Source: an uncultured Flavobacterium sp. (GTDB lineage: Bacteria > Bacteroidota > Bacteroidia > Flavobacteriales > Flavobacteriaceae). From it: a stretch of DNA of 64,000 nucleotides. Location: assembly GCA_964414655.1 (NCBI GenBank), contig CAYPXI010000001.1:2984-66983 (forward strand). The letters are read 5' to 3'. The position numbers and the translations under genes are program-made. Below are positions 31,751 to 41,196 of this stretch, in pieces (position 1 is the stretch's first letter; every line of letters begins with the position of its first letter). A model generated the notes under the pieces. That model worked only from the letters and a program-made list of their open reading frames with translations. It did no database searches and was not told the origin of the DNA.

Positions 31751-34639
31751 ATGAAATTAAAATTACTCTTTTATCTATCCGTTTTTATTTTCTTAAGCTG
31801 TGTTTCGAGCAGTAGAGCACAACAAAACAACACAGCTGTTGGAAATGGAACAGCAGCCACTACGAATGGTGCAAACAATTCTTTTTTTGGTGAGAATTCG
31901 GGTCAGAATAACCAAGTTGGAAAGTTTAATTCAGCATTTGGAAGCAATACATTAAGCAACAGTATTGATGGAAATAATAATGTTGCAATTGGAAGCGAAT
32001 CACTCAGAATGCTAATTGGTACAGACGGAATTCAAAATGGAGGTTCCAACAATACAGCCGTTGGATATCGCTCTATGGGAAGTTCCTTTCGTGCAACAAA
32101 TAGTGTAGCTATTGGCTATGAATGTATGGCGATGTCGTTGGTTAGTAACCAAAGTATAGGTATTGGTTATCAATCCTTATACTCTAACAATGCAATTAAC
32201 ATCGGAATTGGTTATCGCGCTGGGTTTTTAAATAATACGGGAACACGAAACATATTTTTGGGTTGGATGTCGGGTTATGTTAATGAAGGTTCAGATAATA
32301 CTTTTTTAGGCAACTCAAGTTTTAAAAACAACACCACTGGAAGCAACAATATCGGTGTTGGAAATTTAGCTGGCTTTGCAAATACAACAGGATCAAATAA
32401 TATCTTTTTAGGTAAAGGGCATTATGCTTATAACGAAGGCGGAACAGGTTCAGGTAACATTGTAATAGGAAATAATATCGTTTTACCTGATTACTCAGCA
32501 GATAACTGTATCATGTTGGGTGATGGCGGACACAACAAAAACGCAGGAACGATCCGTTTTTTTATCAATAATCTTGGAAATGCAGGAATAGGTACAGTAA
32601 CTCCAAAATCAAGGTTGGAAATTAAGAGTGACTTCAACAGTCCTTCGCCTTCGGGTTTACGATTAACTAATTTAACAAGCAACTTTGTGCCAGCTGCTAA
32701 TCAAACAAGCGGAAAGTTTTTGACTGTTGACGAAAATGGCGATGTTGTTTTAAGATATGCAACTAATACCAACTTAACGAACTCGTTGAGCTCTGTGGAC
32801 AACACAATGACTAGTCAAGTAAATGCAATTTCTTCATCGGCGAGTATTGTAAATTCTATTTCAAACACAATAACAGCAACCAATCAATTAATTACCAAAG
32901 TAAATGGTGTTGCAAGTAATCCAGTTAATTTACCAGTTCCAACATTTACCGAAGTTGATGGTAGTGTAACCAACGAATTGCAAACATTAACTCAAACGGG
33001 AAATACAATTTCGCTTTCCAATGGTGGCGGTTCATTTACTTTACCTGTTGATACTGATAATCAAACCTTAGCATTAACTGGAAATACATTATCAATTGCA
33101 GATGGAAATTCGGTAGTGCTTCCAACTACACATGTAATCGCAGGGACCAATGTTACCGTTACCGGAAATGGAACTACAGCATCGCCATTCCAAATTGCAG
33201 CCCAAGATGACGACGAACAATCGCTTACATTAGTAGGTAATAATCTTTCTATCTCTAACGGAAATACTGTAGTTTTACCCTCATTTACTGAGGTTGACGG
33301 AAGTGTAACCAACGAATTGCAAACATTAACTCAAACGGGAAATACAATTTCGCTTTCCAATGGTGGCGGTTCATTTACTTTGCCAGTTGATACAGACAAT
33401 CAAACCTTAGCCTTAGCTGGAAATACATTATCAATTGCAGATGGAAACTCGGTTGTTCTTCCAACTACTCATGTAATTGCAGGCACAAATGTTACCGTTA
33501 CCGGAAATGGAACTACAGCATCGCCTTTTCAAATTGCAGCCCAAGATGACGACGAACAATCGCTTACATTAGTAGGCAACAATCTTTCTATTTCTAACGG
33601 AAATACAGTAGTTTTACCAACGTTTACCGAAGTTGACGGAAGTGTAACCAACGAATTGCAAACATTAACTCAAACGGGAAACACAATTTCGCTTTCCAAT
33701 GGTGGAGGATCATTTACTTTGCCAGTTGATACAGACAATCAAACCTTAGCATTAACCGGAAATACATTGTCAATTGCTGATGGAAATTCGGTAGTGCTTC
33801 CAACCACTCATGTAATTGCGGGTACTAATGTTACCGTTACCGGAAATGGAACTACAACATCGCCATTCCAAATTGCAGCCCAAGATGACGACGAACAATC
33901 GCTTACATTAGTAGGCAACAATCTTTCTATCTCTAATGGAAATACGGTAGTTTTACCAACTTACACCGATACTGATGCGCAGTCGTTAACATTAACTGGA
34001 AATAATTTGACCATTTCAAACGGAAATTCAGTAACACTTCCAACAACGAATGTAACAGCAGGGACCAACGTAATTGTTTCGGGAGCAGGAACAGTAGCAA
34101 GCCCATTTGTAATTGCAGCTAATGATACCAGTTTGTATAGTGCTAATGGTACCATCAACCCAGCAACAACAACCAACAACAACCGAATTGTGAACATGAA
34201 CAATCGAAATATTTGGTTCAATACATCAACAAGTTCTTCTAATGGCAAAATTTACATTGGCTCAACACCCAATTATCCTTCAACAACTGGTGATTATAAG
34301 TTGTTTGTAGAAGGTGGAATATTGACTGAAAAAGTAAAAGTTGCTTTACGTTCTACAGGCAATTGGGCGGATTATGTATTTGATGAAAATTATCGGTTAA
34401 TGCCATTAACAGAAGTTGAACAATTTATAGCAACTAACAAGCATTTACCTGGAATTGATTCGGCAGAAACGTTACATAAAAACGGAATTGATATTGCTGA
34501 TATGCAAGCCAAACAAATGGAAAAAATTGAAGAGTTGACACTATACGTTATTAGTCAAAATAAAGCCATTGAATCTCAAAACAAAGAGATTGAAGCATTG
34601 AAATTACAAGTAAAAGCACTAATCGAAAAAACAAAATAA
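31751..34639 (+). CDS. Large secreted fibre-like protein: beta-roll head repeats, 3x113-aa tandem repeats, conserved coiled-coil C-terminal module (A1)
   Basis: 962 aa. Signal peptide, possibly with a lipobox (FIFLSC). Reiterated NN.A.G..S/A motifs (NNVAIGSESL, NTAVGYRSMG, NSVAIGYECM) resemble YadA-head or tail-fibre beta-rolls. C-terminus: GNWADYVFDENYRLMPLTEVEQFIATNKHLPGIDSA...IEELTLYVISQNK plus a heptad coiled coil. No T9SS CTD recognised. Confidence 0.65.
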   Translation: MKLKLLFYLSVFIFLSCVSSSRAQQNNTAVGNGTAATTNGANNSFFGENSGQNNQVGKFNSAFGSNTLSNSIDGNNNVAIGSESLRMLIGTDGIQNGGSNNTAVGYRSMGSSFRATNSVAIGYECMAMSLVSNQSIGIGYQSLYSNNAINIGIGYRAGFLNNTGTRNIFLGWMSGYVNEGSDNTFLGNSSFKNNTTGSNNIGVGNLAGFANTTGSNNIFLGKGHYAYNEGGTGSGNIVIGNNIVLPDYSADNCIMLGDGGHNKNAGTIRFFINNLGNAGIGTVTPKSRLEIKSDFNSPSPSGLRLTNLTSNFVPAANQTSGKFLTVDENGDVVLRYATNTNLTNSLSSVDNTMTSQVNAISSSASIVNSISNTITATNQLITKVNGVASNPVNLPVPTFTEVDGSVTNELQTLTQTGNTISLSNGGGSFTLPVDTDNQTLALTGNTLSIADGNSVVLPTTHVIAGTNVTVTGNGTTASPFQIAAQDDDEQSLTLVGNNLSISNGNTVVLPSFTEVDGSVTNELQTLTQTGNTISLSNGGGSFTLPVDTDNQTLALAGNTLSIADGNSVVLPTTHVIAGTNVTVTGNGTTASPFQIAAQDDDEQSLTLVGNNLSISNGNTVVLPTFTEVDGSVTNELQTLTQTGNTISLSNGGGSFTLPVDTDNQTLALTGNTLSIADGNSVVLPTTHVIAGTNVTVTGNGTTTSPFQIAAQDDDEQSLTLVGNNLSISNGNTVVLPTYTDTDAQSLTLTGNNLTISNGNSVTLPTTNVTAGTNVIVSGAGTVASPFVIAANDTSLYSANGTINPATTTNNNRIVNMNNRNIWFNTSTSSSNGKIYIGSTPNYPSTTGDYKLFVEGGILTEKVKVALRSTGNWADYVFDENYRLMPLTEVEQFIATNKHLPGIDSAETLHKNGIDIADMQAKQMEKIEELTLYVISQNKAIESQNKEIEALKLQVKALIEKTK
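32942..33958 (+). repeat. Three in-frame tandem repeats of 339 bp (113 aa) inside A1
   Basis: Units start at 32942, 33281 and 33620 (TFTEVDGSVTNELQTLTQTGNTISLSNGGGSFTLPVDTDNQTLAL...). The DNA is nearly identical between units. A degenerate partial fourth unit follows. Confidence 0.92.
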
Positions 34640-34640
34640 G

Positions 34641-36611
34641 ATGATTAGAACAATTCAAATAGTGATCATTTGCTGTTGTTGCTTTTCCTCAAGTATTCTT
34701 TCTGCTCAACTCAACGAGTATATCGAATCGGAGAACAATAGAATTTTAATTTCTGAAAAGACAGAAATCGAAATTGAAAGTTTTATTAAGCAAAATTTCA
34801 ATAACTACAAATTATCCAAAGAAAATACAGCTCATATAATTGGTCATCTCCGAAAAGAGGAAAATTTCACAGATGCTGAGCTAGAAGTGGCAATGGTTAA
34901 TGCCAAAAAGCACGAGTTAAGAAAGTTGTTTTTCGCCAAAAATCCAGATAAAAAAGAGAATTACATTGCACCACCTGTTCCGTTTTCGGTTTCAGAGTTA
35001 TGTGCCAATGGCGACTTCGAATCGGGAACAGCAGGTTACTCATTTTGGTCTGATATGCATGCGCAACCGCAATCAGGAACTAATTTTTTTATGTCATGTG
35101 CTACACCAACTGCGCTATCAGCAACCAACGTAATGACGCCTACAACCAATAATTTTAACTCAAGAGTAACTGTTATTAATAGTGCCGCGAGCGGATACCA
35201 ACAATTTGATCCAGTGCTTGCGGGCTTAGGTGTAAATGTTCCAACTCTAAATACCAACGGAGGAAATCGTTGTGTAAAACTGAATAATCAAGGTGGTTTT
35301 GGTTCGTCTGATTTGTCATCCATGTCGCGTTCATTTACAACAATAAACCAACCAACAATTGATTTCAATTTTTCATTGGTAATGGACAACAAACCGCAAC
35401 ACGGGCAAGACATTCAACCTTATTTTAGAGTAAGAGCTTACGACCAAAATAATAATGTAGTGGATGAAATATGCATCATTGCTAACCCCGAAAATTGCTT
35501 ATTCAATATTATTTATGTCAATGATGAACGAAGAGTACTTTACACAGGTTGGATTTGTGCTCGTTTAAATGTAGGTGAAATCTTAAACCAACCTGGAAGA
35601 ATTGAGTTCAGTGTTAGCGATTGTCAGCCATCAGCACATTTTGGGACAGTATATATTGACAATATTTGTGGTTTGGTTTGTGCTAATCCGCAATTAGGGG
35701 CATTAAACTTAAATCCAGAACAATACAATTGCCCCGATATTTACAATAATACTCCAATTGAAGTATGCGGAACTTATCAGCCACCAGTTAATGCAACTTT
35801 AAGTACTTTAGTATTGGATATTGTGCAAAACGGAACTGTTGTTGGAACTATTAATGCGCCAACACAATTGACCGCTACTACATTTTGTTTTAGTGTTGCT
35901 CCAGGTTTATTTGGAACCAATCCTTCGGGTGATTTTGAATTTCAAATTCATGCCAATTTCGAAACCAATTGCCCAGCGGGAACCTTTATTTATGAAATTT
36001 CTGATTATTCTTCTGCCATTGGTCCTGACGTAACATTCATCAATTGTTGTACGCCAACTTTAACCTTGACTTCACCAGCTGATGATACGGATAATTTAGC
36101 ACCACTAATTGTCAAACAACGCGAACGCTCGGATTGGATCAAAGCGTCCAATGTTATTGCAGTTGGAGATAATGCGTTGTCCAATGGAGTAGTGTATCAT
36201 GCTGAAAATTACGTCGAACTCAATCCAGGTTTTGAAGCTGTTTTAGGTGCTCAATTTGCCGCATATCCAGAAGGTTGTACGGAAAACTTTTTGTACCGTC
36301 AACCCAATGAAACTACGAGTTCACAGGTTCAGGAAATATTCGAAATTGATACTATTAATTTAATTCAACTTTCAGGAAGTTTTGCCATCGTTCCCAATCC
36401 GTCCAGTTCAACTATTGAGCTGGTTATGAAAGACGCTAAATTCAATAAAGTAGAAATAATCTCCATTGACGGCAAACTGGTTTTCAACAAAACTTTTGAA
36501 ACCACAGACAAAGTCAAAATAGACATTAGTGATTATAAAGAAGGTGTTTATATAGTTAATATAGCCTCTGAAAACGGTCAATCACTTTCAGAAAAATTAG
36601 TTAAAAATTAA
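34641..36611 (+). CDS. T9SS-sorted secreted protein with jelly-roll-like Cys-rich region (B1)
   Basis: 656 aa. Signal peptide, CANGDFESGT...W (CBM/jelly-roll-like start), a penultimate LxPGFxA module (VVYHAENYVELNPGFEAVLGAQFAAY), and a T9SS type A CTD (VPNPSSSTIEL...GVYIVNI...KLVKN). Starts 1 nt after the A1 stop. Confidence 0.7.
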   Translation: MIRTIQIVIICCCCFSSSILSAQLNEYIESENNRILISEKTEIEIESFIKQNFNNYKLSKENTAHIIGHLRKEENFTDAELEVAMVNAKKHELRKLFFAKNPDKKENYIAPPVPFSVSELCANGDFESGTAGYSFWSDMHAQPQSGTNFFMSCATPTALSATNVMTPTTNNFNSRVTVINSAASGYQQFDPVLAGLGVNVPTLNTNGGNRCVKLNNQGGFGSSDLSSMSRSFTTINQPTIDFNFSLVMDNKPQHGQDIQPYFRVRAYDQNNNVVDEICIIANPENCLFNIIYVNDERRVLYTGWICARLNVGEILNQPGRIEFSVSDCQPSAHFGTVYIDNICGLVCANPQLGALNLNPEQYNCPDIYNNTPIEVCGTYQPPVNATLSTLVLDIVQNGTVVGTINAPTQLTATTFCFSVAPGLFGTNPSGDFEFQIHANFETNCPAGTFIYEISDYSSAIGPDVTFINCCTPTLTLTSPADDTDNLAPLIVKQRERSDWIKASNVIAVGDNALSNGVVYHAENYVELNPGFEAVLGAQFAAYPEGCTENFLYRQPNETTSSQVQEIFEIDTINLIQLSGSFAIVPNPSSSTIELVMKDAKFNKVEIISIDGKLVFNKTFETTDKVKIDISDYKEGVYIVNIASENGQSLSEKLVKN

Positions 36612-36635
36612 AATTTTTGTAGTTAGTTAAAAAAG

Positions 36636-36665
36636 AAAGCTTCTCGTAATTGGGAAGCTTTTTTG
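36636..36665 (+). terminator. Rho-independent terminator after B1 (duplicated at 40096)
   Basis: AAAGCTTC-TCGTAATTGG-GAAGCTTT followed by a T-run. Confidence 0.8.
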
Positions 36666-36750
36666 TTTTCCAAAATTTACCATAAACACGGTATACTATT
36701 TCATTTTGAGGGGCTTAATTTTGATTATCAATAACTTAAATCGATTAATT

Positions 36751-38382
36751 ATGAAAACAAAAAATCTTTTTTTAGTCACAATGGCAGCGCTATTTGGTGC
36801 GGTAGTGGAGAGTAGTGGGCAAAATTATTCTGAACCTGCAAGTGCAGGAGATGGTGGATATAACAATGTGTTTTTAGGTCCTAGTTCAGGGGCTAATACT
36901 ACCAGTACTTCAGGTCAAAATGCAGCTGTTGGCTTTTTTTCATTAAAAAATAATACAATTGGGGCTTTTAATACTGCTTTAGGAGCTTATTCTTTAACGG
37001 GTAACACAAGTGGAAATAACAATGTAGCAATTGGTAGATATGCGTTAGGGTTTAATGTTGATGGGTCAGAAAACATTGCTATAAGTGGGACATCACTAGA
37101 AGCAAATGTTTCAGGAAATGGAAATATGGCTATTGGAAAATGGGCTTTAAGGGATAATATTGAGGGAAGTAACAACATTGGATTTGGTAATTCAGCAGGG
37201 AAAGGTTCAAAGGGTAATTTTAACTGTTATATTGGAGAAGGGGCTGGTATTAGTTCAAGTACAGGTAGTTATAATTATTTTTCAGGATTTTACTCAGGTT
37301 ATGGTGTAACTTCTGGAGAAAATAATTTGTTTATTGGACGAGCAACTGGATATAGTCCAACACCGCATTCTAGTACTAACAACACTTACATAGGATATAC
37401 ATCAGGTCAAGGAGTATTGACAGGAAATTATAATACTTTTTTGGGTTCAGCTAAAGTAGTGCCAAATTCTCCATCAACTGCAAGTTTGGCGGGTACAGAT
37501 ACGAGTAATACTATTATTTTGGCGGATGGTGAAGGGAATCAAAGGTTGTTTATTCACGGAGGAGATCCTAGTCATATAAAAAATGGTTATACCGGTATTG
37601 CTCTCGGAAACAATCAAATTCCTCAAAACAGATTGGAAATAAATTCTGTTGGATCAGTAGCTGGAACTACAGGATTGCGTTTTAGAGGATTTAATAACAC
37701 GTTAGCTAATCCCAACGGAAAGGTTCTAACACTTAATAGTAATGGCGATGTAGTACTAACTACTGACCAAGGTTCAGGTGGTTCTACTCTTATTCAAGCA
37801 GGAACGAATGTTACTGTTAATGGTTCGGGAGTTGTAGGTGATCCTTACACAATTGCTGCTTGTAACTTATATTCTTGTGATGGAACTTTATCAAGTAATA
37901 GATTAGTTAATATGAATAATAATCATTTGATATTTAATACTGGAGGAAGTACAACAACAACTGGAGGAAGAGTATACATTGGTAATACCAGTCAATTTAC
38001 ATCAGGTGCTGGAGGTAATTTTGTAACGTTTAATGATATTAATCCTGAAAATGTTAGAGATTATAGATTATATGTTGAAGGGGGACTATTAACAGAAAGA
38101 GTTAAAGTAGCTTTAAGAAATACTGGAAACTGGGCGGATTATGTTTTTAATAAAGACTATAAATTAATGCCATTAAGTGAAGTAGAAGTTTTCGTAAAAG
38201 AAAACAATCATTTACCAGGTATTGATTCGGCTAATGATTTGGTTAAAAAGGGTCTTGATGTTGCCGAAATGCAAGCTAAACAAATGGCTAAAATTGAAGA
38301 GCTTACTTTGTATGTAATTGATCAAAACAAAGAGATTGAAGAACTAAAAGCACAAGTGAAAGCTTTGTTAGAAAGAAAATAA
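36751..38382 (+). CDS. Secreted fibre-like protein, shorter paralogue of A1 (A2)
   Basis: ATG at 36751 (MKTKNLFLVTMAALFGAVV signal); the ORF-track TTG start at 36706 is less likely. Same NN.A.G beta-roll repeats and the same C-terminal module (GNWADYVFNKDYKLMPLSEVEVFVKENNHLPGIDSA...IEELTLYVIDQNKEIEELKAQVKALLERK). Confidence 0.65.
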   Translation: MKTKNLFLVTMAALFGAVVESSGQNYSEPASAGDGGYNNVFLGPSSGANTTSTSGQNAAVGFFSLKNNTIGAFNTALGAYSLTGNTSGNNNVAIGRYALGFNVDGSENIAISGTSLEANVSGNGNMAIGKWALRDNIEGSNNIGFGNSAGKGSKGNFNCYIGEGAGISSSTGSYNYFSGFYSGYGVTSGENNLFIGRATGYSPTPHSSTNNTYIGYTSGQGVLTGNYNTFLGSAKVVPNSPSTASLAGTDTSNTIILADGEGNQRLFIHGGDPSHIKNGYTGIALGNNQIPQNRLEINSVGSVAGTTGLRFRGFNNTLANPNGKVLTLNSNGDVVLTTDQGSGGSTLIQAGTNVTVNGSGVVGDPYTIAACNLYSCDGTLSSNRLVNMNNNHLIFNTGGSTTTTGGRVYIGNTSQFTSGAGGNFVTFNDINPENVRDYRLYVEGGLLTERVKVALRNTGNWADYVFNKDYKLMPLSEVEVFVKENNHLPGIDSANDLVKKGLDVAEMQAKQMAKIEELTLYVIDQNKEIEELKAQVKALLERK

Positions 38383-38409
38383 TATAAGTTTAATTTAAAT
38401 CAATTAATT

Positions 38410-40071
38410 ATGAAAAACTTATATTTATTTATAGTCTTTTTGTTTTTTGCAAAAAGTTTTTCGCAACAAGATTTGCAGAATGCCAATTGGGTTTTTGGAG
38501 ATAATCTATGGTTAAATTTTGACAATACAGGTGTCCAAAATCAAACTGTTCTTCCTCCCAATAGCATTGATAGTCAGGAAGGTGTAGCTTCTGTGTCTGA
38601 TTTAGATGGTAATCTTCTTTTTTGGACAGATGGAACCAGAGTTTATTGGCTTAATGGCGCAACTGTTAATGTTTACAATAGTCCTGCTCTTTTATTTGGT
38701 AATGGAAGTTCTTTTCAGAATGTGGTTATCACACCTCGACCTAATCATCCTGGCAGGTATTATATTTTTTACATAAGCGGTTACACATCAACTCAAGCAA
38801 ATCAGGTAACGGGTTTGTATCGTGCGGAAGTTGATACTGTTAATCATGTTGTTTTGAATCCAAACACACCCTTGTTAGATGCTTTTGGCACACCAATTAA
38901 TAATGCTTATGGTAATTTATGTGAAGCATTAACGACCGCACCGGCAACTAATGGGGATTATTGGTTGATTACTCATGTTCAGAATTTAACTAGATCTTTT
39001 ATATATAGTTATAGAATAGCTGAAAATACTATTCAAAATGAATTTCAGCTAAATTTTGTTAACAACATTGATAACCCTTCTTTGGCAATTAAGATTTCAT
39101 CAAATCTTGATAGGATTGCATTGACTAGAGATGGAGTAAACCCTGTTCTTGGAAATTTTGACCCTGCAAATGGTTTTATAACAAATCTAAATTTGATTGG
39201 ACAAGTTCCTCCTACTGGTATTTATAATTACTGTAATGGTTTAGAGTTTTCGCCAACAGGAAATAATCTTTTTTTCAAGAGAGCATTTGATCTTATGGTT
39301 GTTTCAGTTGCCAATCCTACAGTAGAGTTCACTATTAATAACGACATTTTATCTGCAGGAGCTATACAAAGGGCAATCGATGGAAATTTATATGTTGCTA
39401 GGAAAGGGGATAATTTTTTATCAGTCATTAATAATCCTGATTTTCCGGTATTAAATCAAGCTACTATTACACATGATTTAGATTTCGATAGTGATTTTCC
39501 TATTGAAGAGCGATGCATAACAGGCTTACCTCAATGGGTTTGGCAAAATTGTAATCAAACATTAACCAGTGCAATTACAATACCTATTATCCTTCATGAA
39601 GAAAGATCGGACTGGATTAGTTCCAGAGATGTTATTACTTTTGGCAATGCATCAACTAATGATGGTGTAATCTATCATGCAGGCAATTTCATTGATTTAC
39701 TGCCTGGTTTTGAATCAAGAACTACATCTAATTTTGCAGCCTATATTCAGGGTTGTACCGAACCGCAAAGTTATGTTTACAAACAATCAAGTTCGAATAA
39801 TGACTCAGATTCAACAAGTTTGGTAAATGATTTAGGAGCAGTAAGGATATATCCCAATCCATCTTCAAGTTCAATTGAAATTCAAACAAGTAACATCCAA
39901 TTCAACAAAGTGCAAATCATCTCCATTGATGGCAAACTGGTTTTCAACAATACTTTTGAAACCACAGACAAAGTCATGATAGACATTAGTGATTACAAAG
40001 AGGGTGTTTATATTGTCAATATCACTTCTGAAAACGGTCAATCTCTTTCTGGGAAATTGGTTAAAAATTAA
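38410..40071 (+). CDS. T9SS-sorted secreted protein, probable beta-propeller N-region (B2)
   Basis: 553 aa. Signal peptide, NANWVFGDNLWLNFD...EGVASVSDLDGNLLFWTDG (motif seen at the start of many Bacteroidota surface proteins), LxPGFxS module, and a T9SS CTD almost identical to that of B1. Confidence 0.7.
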   Translation: MKNLYLFIVFLFFAKSFSQQDLQNANWVFGDNLWLNFDNTGVQNQTVLPPNSIDSQEGVASVSDLDGNLLFWTDGTRVYWLNGATVNVYNSPALLFGNGSSFQNVVITPRPNHPGRYYIFYISGYTSTQANQVTGLYRAEVDTVNHVVLNPNTPLLDAFGTPINNAYGNLCEALTTAPATNGDYWLITHVQNLTRSFIYSYRIAENTIQNEFQLNFVNNIDNPSLAIKISSNLDRIALTRDGVNPVLGNFDPANGFITNLNLIGQVPPTGIYNYCNGLEFSPTGNNLFFKRAFDLMVVSVANPTVEFTINNDILSAGAIQRAIDGNLYVARKGDNFLSVINNPDFPVLNQATITHDLDFDSDFPIEERCITGLPQWVWQNCNQTLTSAITIPIILHEERSDWISSRDVITFGNASTNDGVIYHAGNFIDLLPGFESRTTSNFAAYIQGCTEPQSYVYKQSSSNNDSDSTSLVNDLGAVRIYPNPSSSSIEIQTSNIQFNKVQIISIDGKLVFNNTFETTDKVMIDISDYKEGVYIVNITSENGQSLSGKLVKN

Positions 40072-40095
40072 AATTTTTGTAGTTAGTTAAAAAAG

Positions 40096-40130
40096 AAAGC
40101 TTCTCGTAATTGGGAAGCTTTTTATTTTTT
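40096..40130 (+). terminator. Terminator after B2; identical copy of the 36636 hairpin, overlapping the stop of the convergent gene
   Basis: Same AAAGCTTC...GAAGCTTT hairpin followed by a T-rich run. Confidence 0.8.
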
Positions 40131-41051
40131 TAATTGATAAAATTCATTTAACAACTCTTTTGGCGTTCGTTGAATGGTATCTTTTTGAAAAGTAAACGCA
40201 TAACCTTTAGGCATTGTAACTGTTCTTTTGTTGAGATGCGGTTGCAGCTTGTCCAAATACTTCATCCAGCCAAGTAGTATTCTCGTTACAAACAGCCAGC
40301 CGCTTCTAATAATTCCAATAGAACTTACATTGACCAAATAATTGGAAATGGTTACAGCAACTATTGAAGCATTTCCCTCGGTAATTGAACTTTCCACTAC
40401 TTTGCATTTTGGAAATAAACTTCGCATGCCTGTAAAAGTAAATCGGAAAAAATCATACGGTTCGGCATGGTAAGGAAAACTTTGTGGTGCTTCCACCTGC
40501 AACAATCCGCCTACTTTGGTCACGCGTTGCATTTCACTACAAAATAACCACGGATTAATAGTGTGCTCGATTACTTGAGCGGCCAAAACCATATCAAAAC
40601 ACTCGTCTTGAAAAGGAATAGCATGTCCGTCAAAAACAAAATCGGGTTGAAAAGAATTGTGAACATCAGAAGTAATGACTTCACAATGGGGAAATAAATT
40701 CTTGTAATAGAGTTTTTTTTCACCTGTTCCTAAAATTAGCAATTTGCTACCTGATGCCAAACGCTTCGATAGGGTTTTATATCTCTTTTGCACATCAAAG
40801 TCATTACACAATGAAGGGAGTAATTTTCTTCTTACAAAGTTTTTGAAGTTCTTAGTGTCTAAATGCTTTGCATCTTGCGTAGTGGTTTTGTTGTTCAAGA
40901 TTTCACTTTCATCAAAAATGGAATCTTTTCCAAACAAAATGGGAGTTCCATTATGAATGGTGAATTGTGTTCCATCTTCAAACAAAATATAGGTTTCTGT
41001 CTTTGAAGAAAATTTAGCTTTGGTGTCAGGATTGGTTAAATTAGAATACAA
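40122..41051 (-). CDS. Class I SAM-dependent methyltransferase
   Basis: 309 aa; LLILGTGEK...FDMVLAAQVIEHTINPWLFCSEMQRVTKVGGLL (Methyltransf_11-like). Confidence 0.75.
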   Translation of the reverse strand: MYSNLTNPDTKAKFSSKTETYILFEDGTQFTIHNGTPILFGKDSIFDESEILNNKTTTQDAKHLDTKNFKNFVRRKLLPSLCNDFDVQKRYKTLSKRLASGSKLLILGTGEKKLYYKNLFPHCEVITSDVHNSFQPDFVFDGHAIPFQDECFDMVLAAQVIEHTINPWLFCSEMQRVTKVGGLLQVEAPQSFPYHAEPYDFFRFTFTGMRSLFPKCKVVESSITEGNASIVAVTISNYLVNVSSIGIIRSGWLFVTRILLGWMKYLDKLQPHLNKRTVTMPKGYAFTFQKDTIQRTPKELLNEFYQLKK

Positions 41052-41196
41052 AATTTAAGTAAGTTTTTTCAAAATTAAATTTTTAAATTTTATATTCCTA
41101 TACATTCAATATAAATTTCAATACTTCTCAACAAAAGCTTCGCCATTCAGCGGAGCTTTTTTATATTTGCTCCATAAGGTAAATGATCTTTGCAGT

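Noticed and set aside
41134-41165. Terminator-like hairpin (AGCTTCGC-CATTCA-GCGGAGCT + T6) in the divergent region between the methyltransferase (minus strand) and the GT2 (plus strand)
   Set aside because: The structure is real, but no upstream plus-strand gene exists for it to terminate. It may be a relic or a leader structure, and the evidence is insufficient to assign a function.
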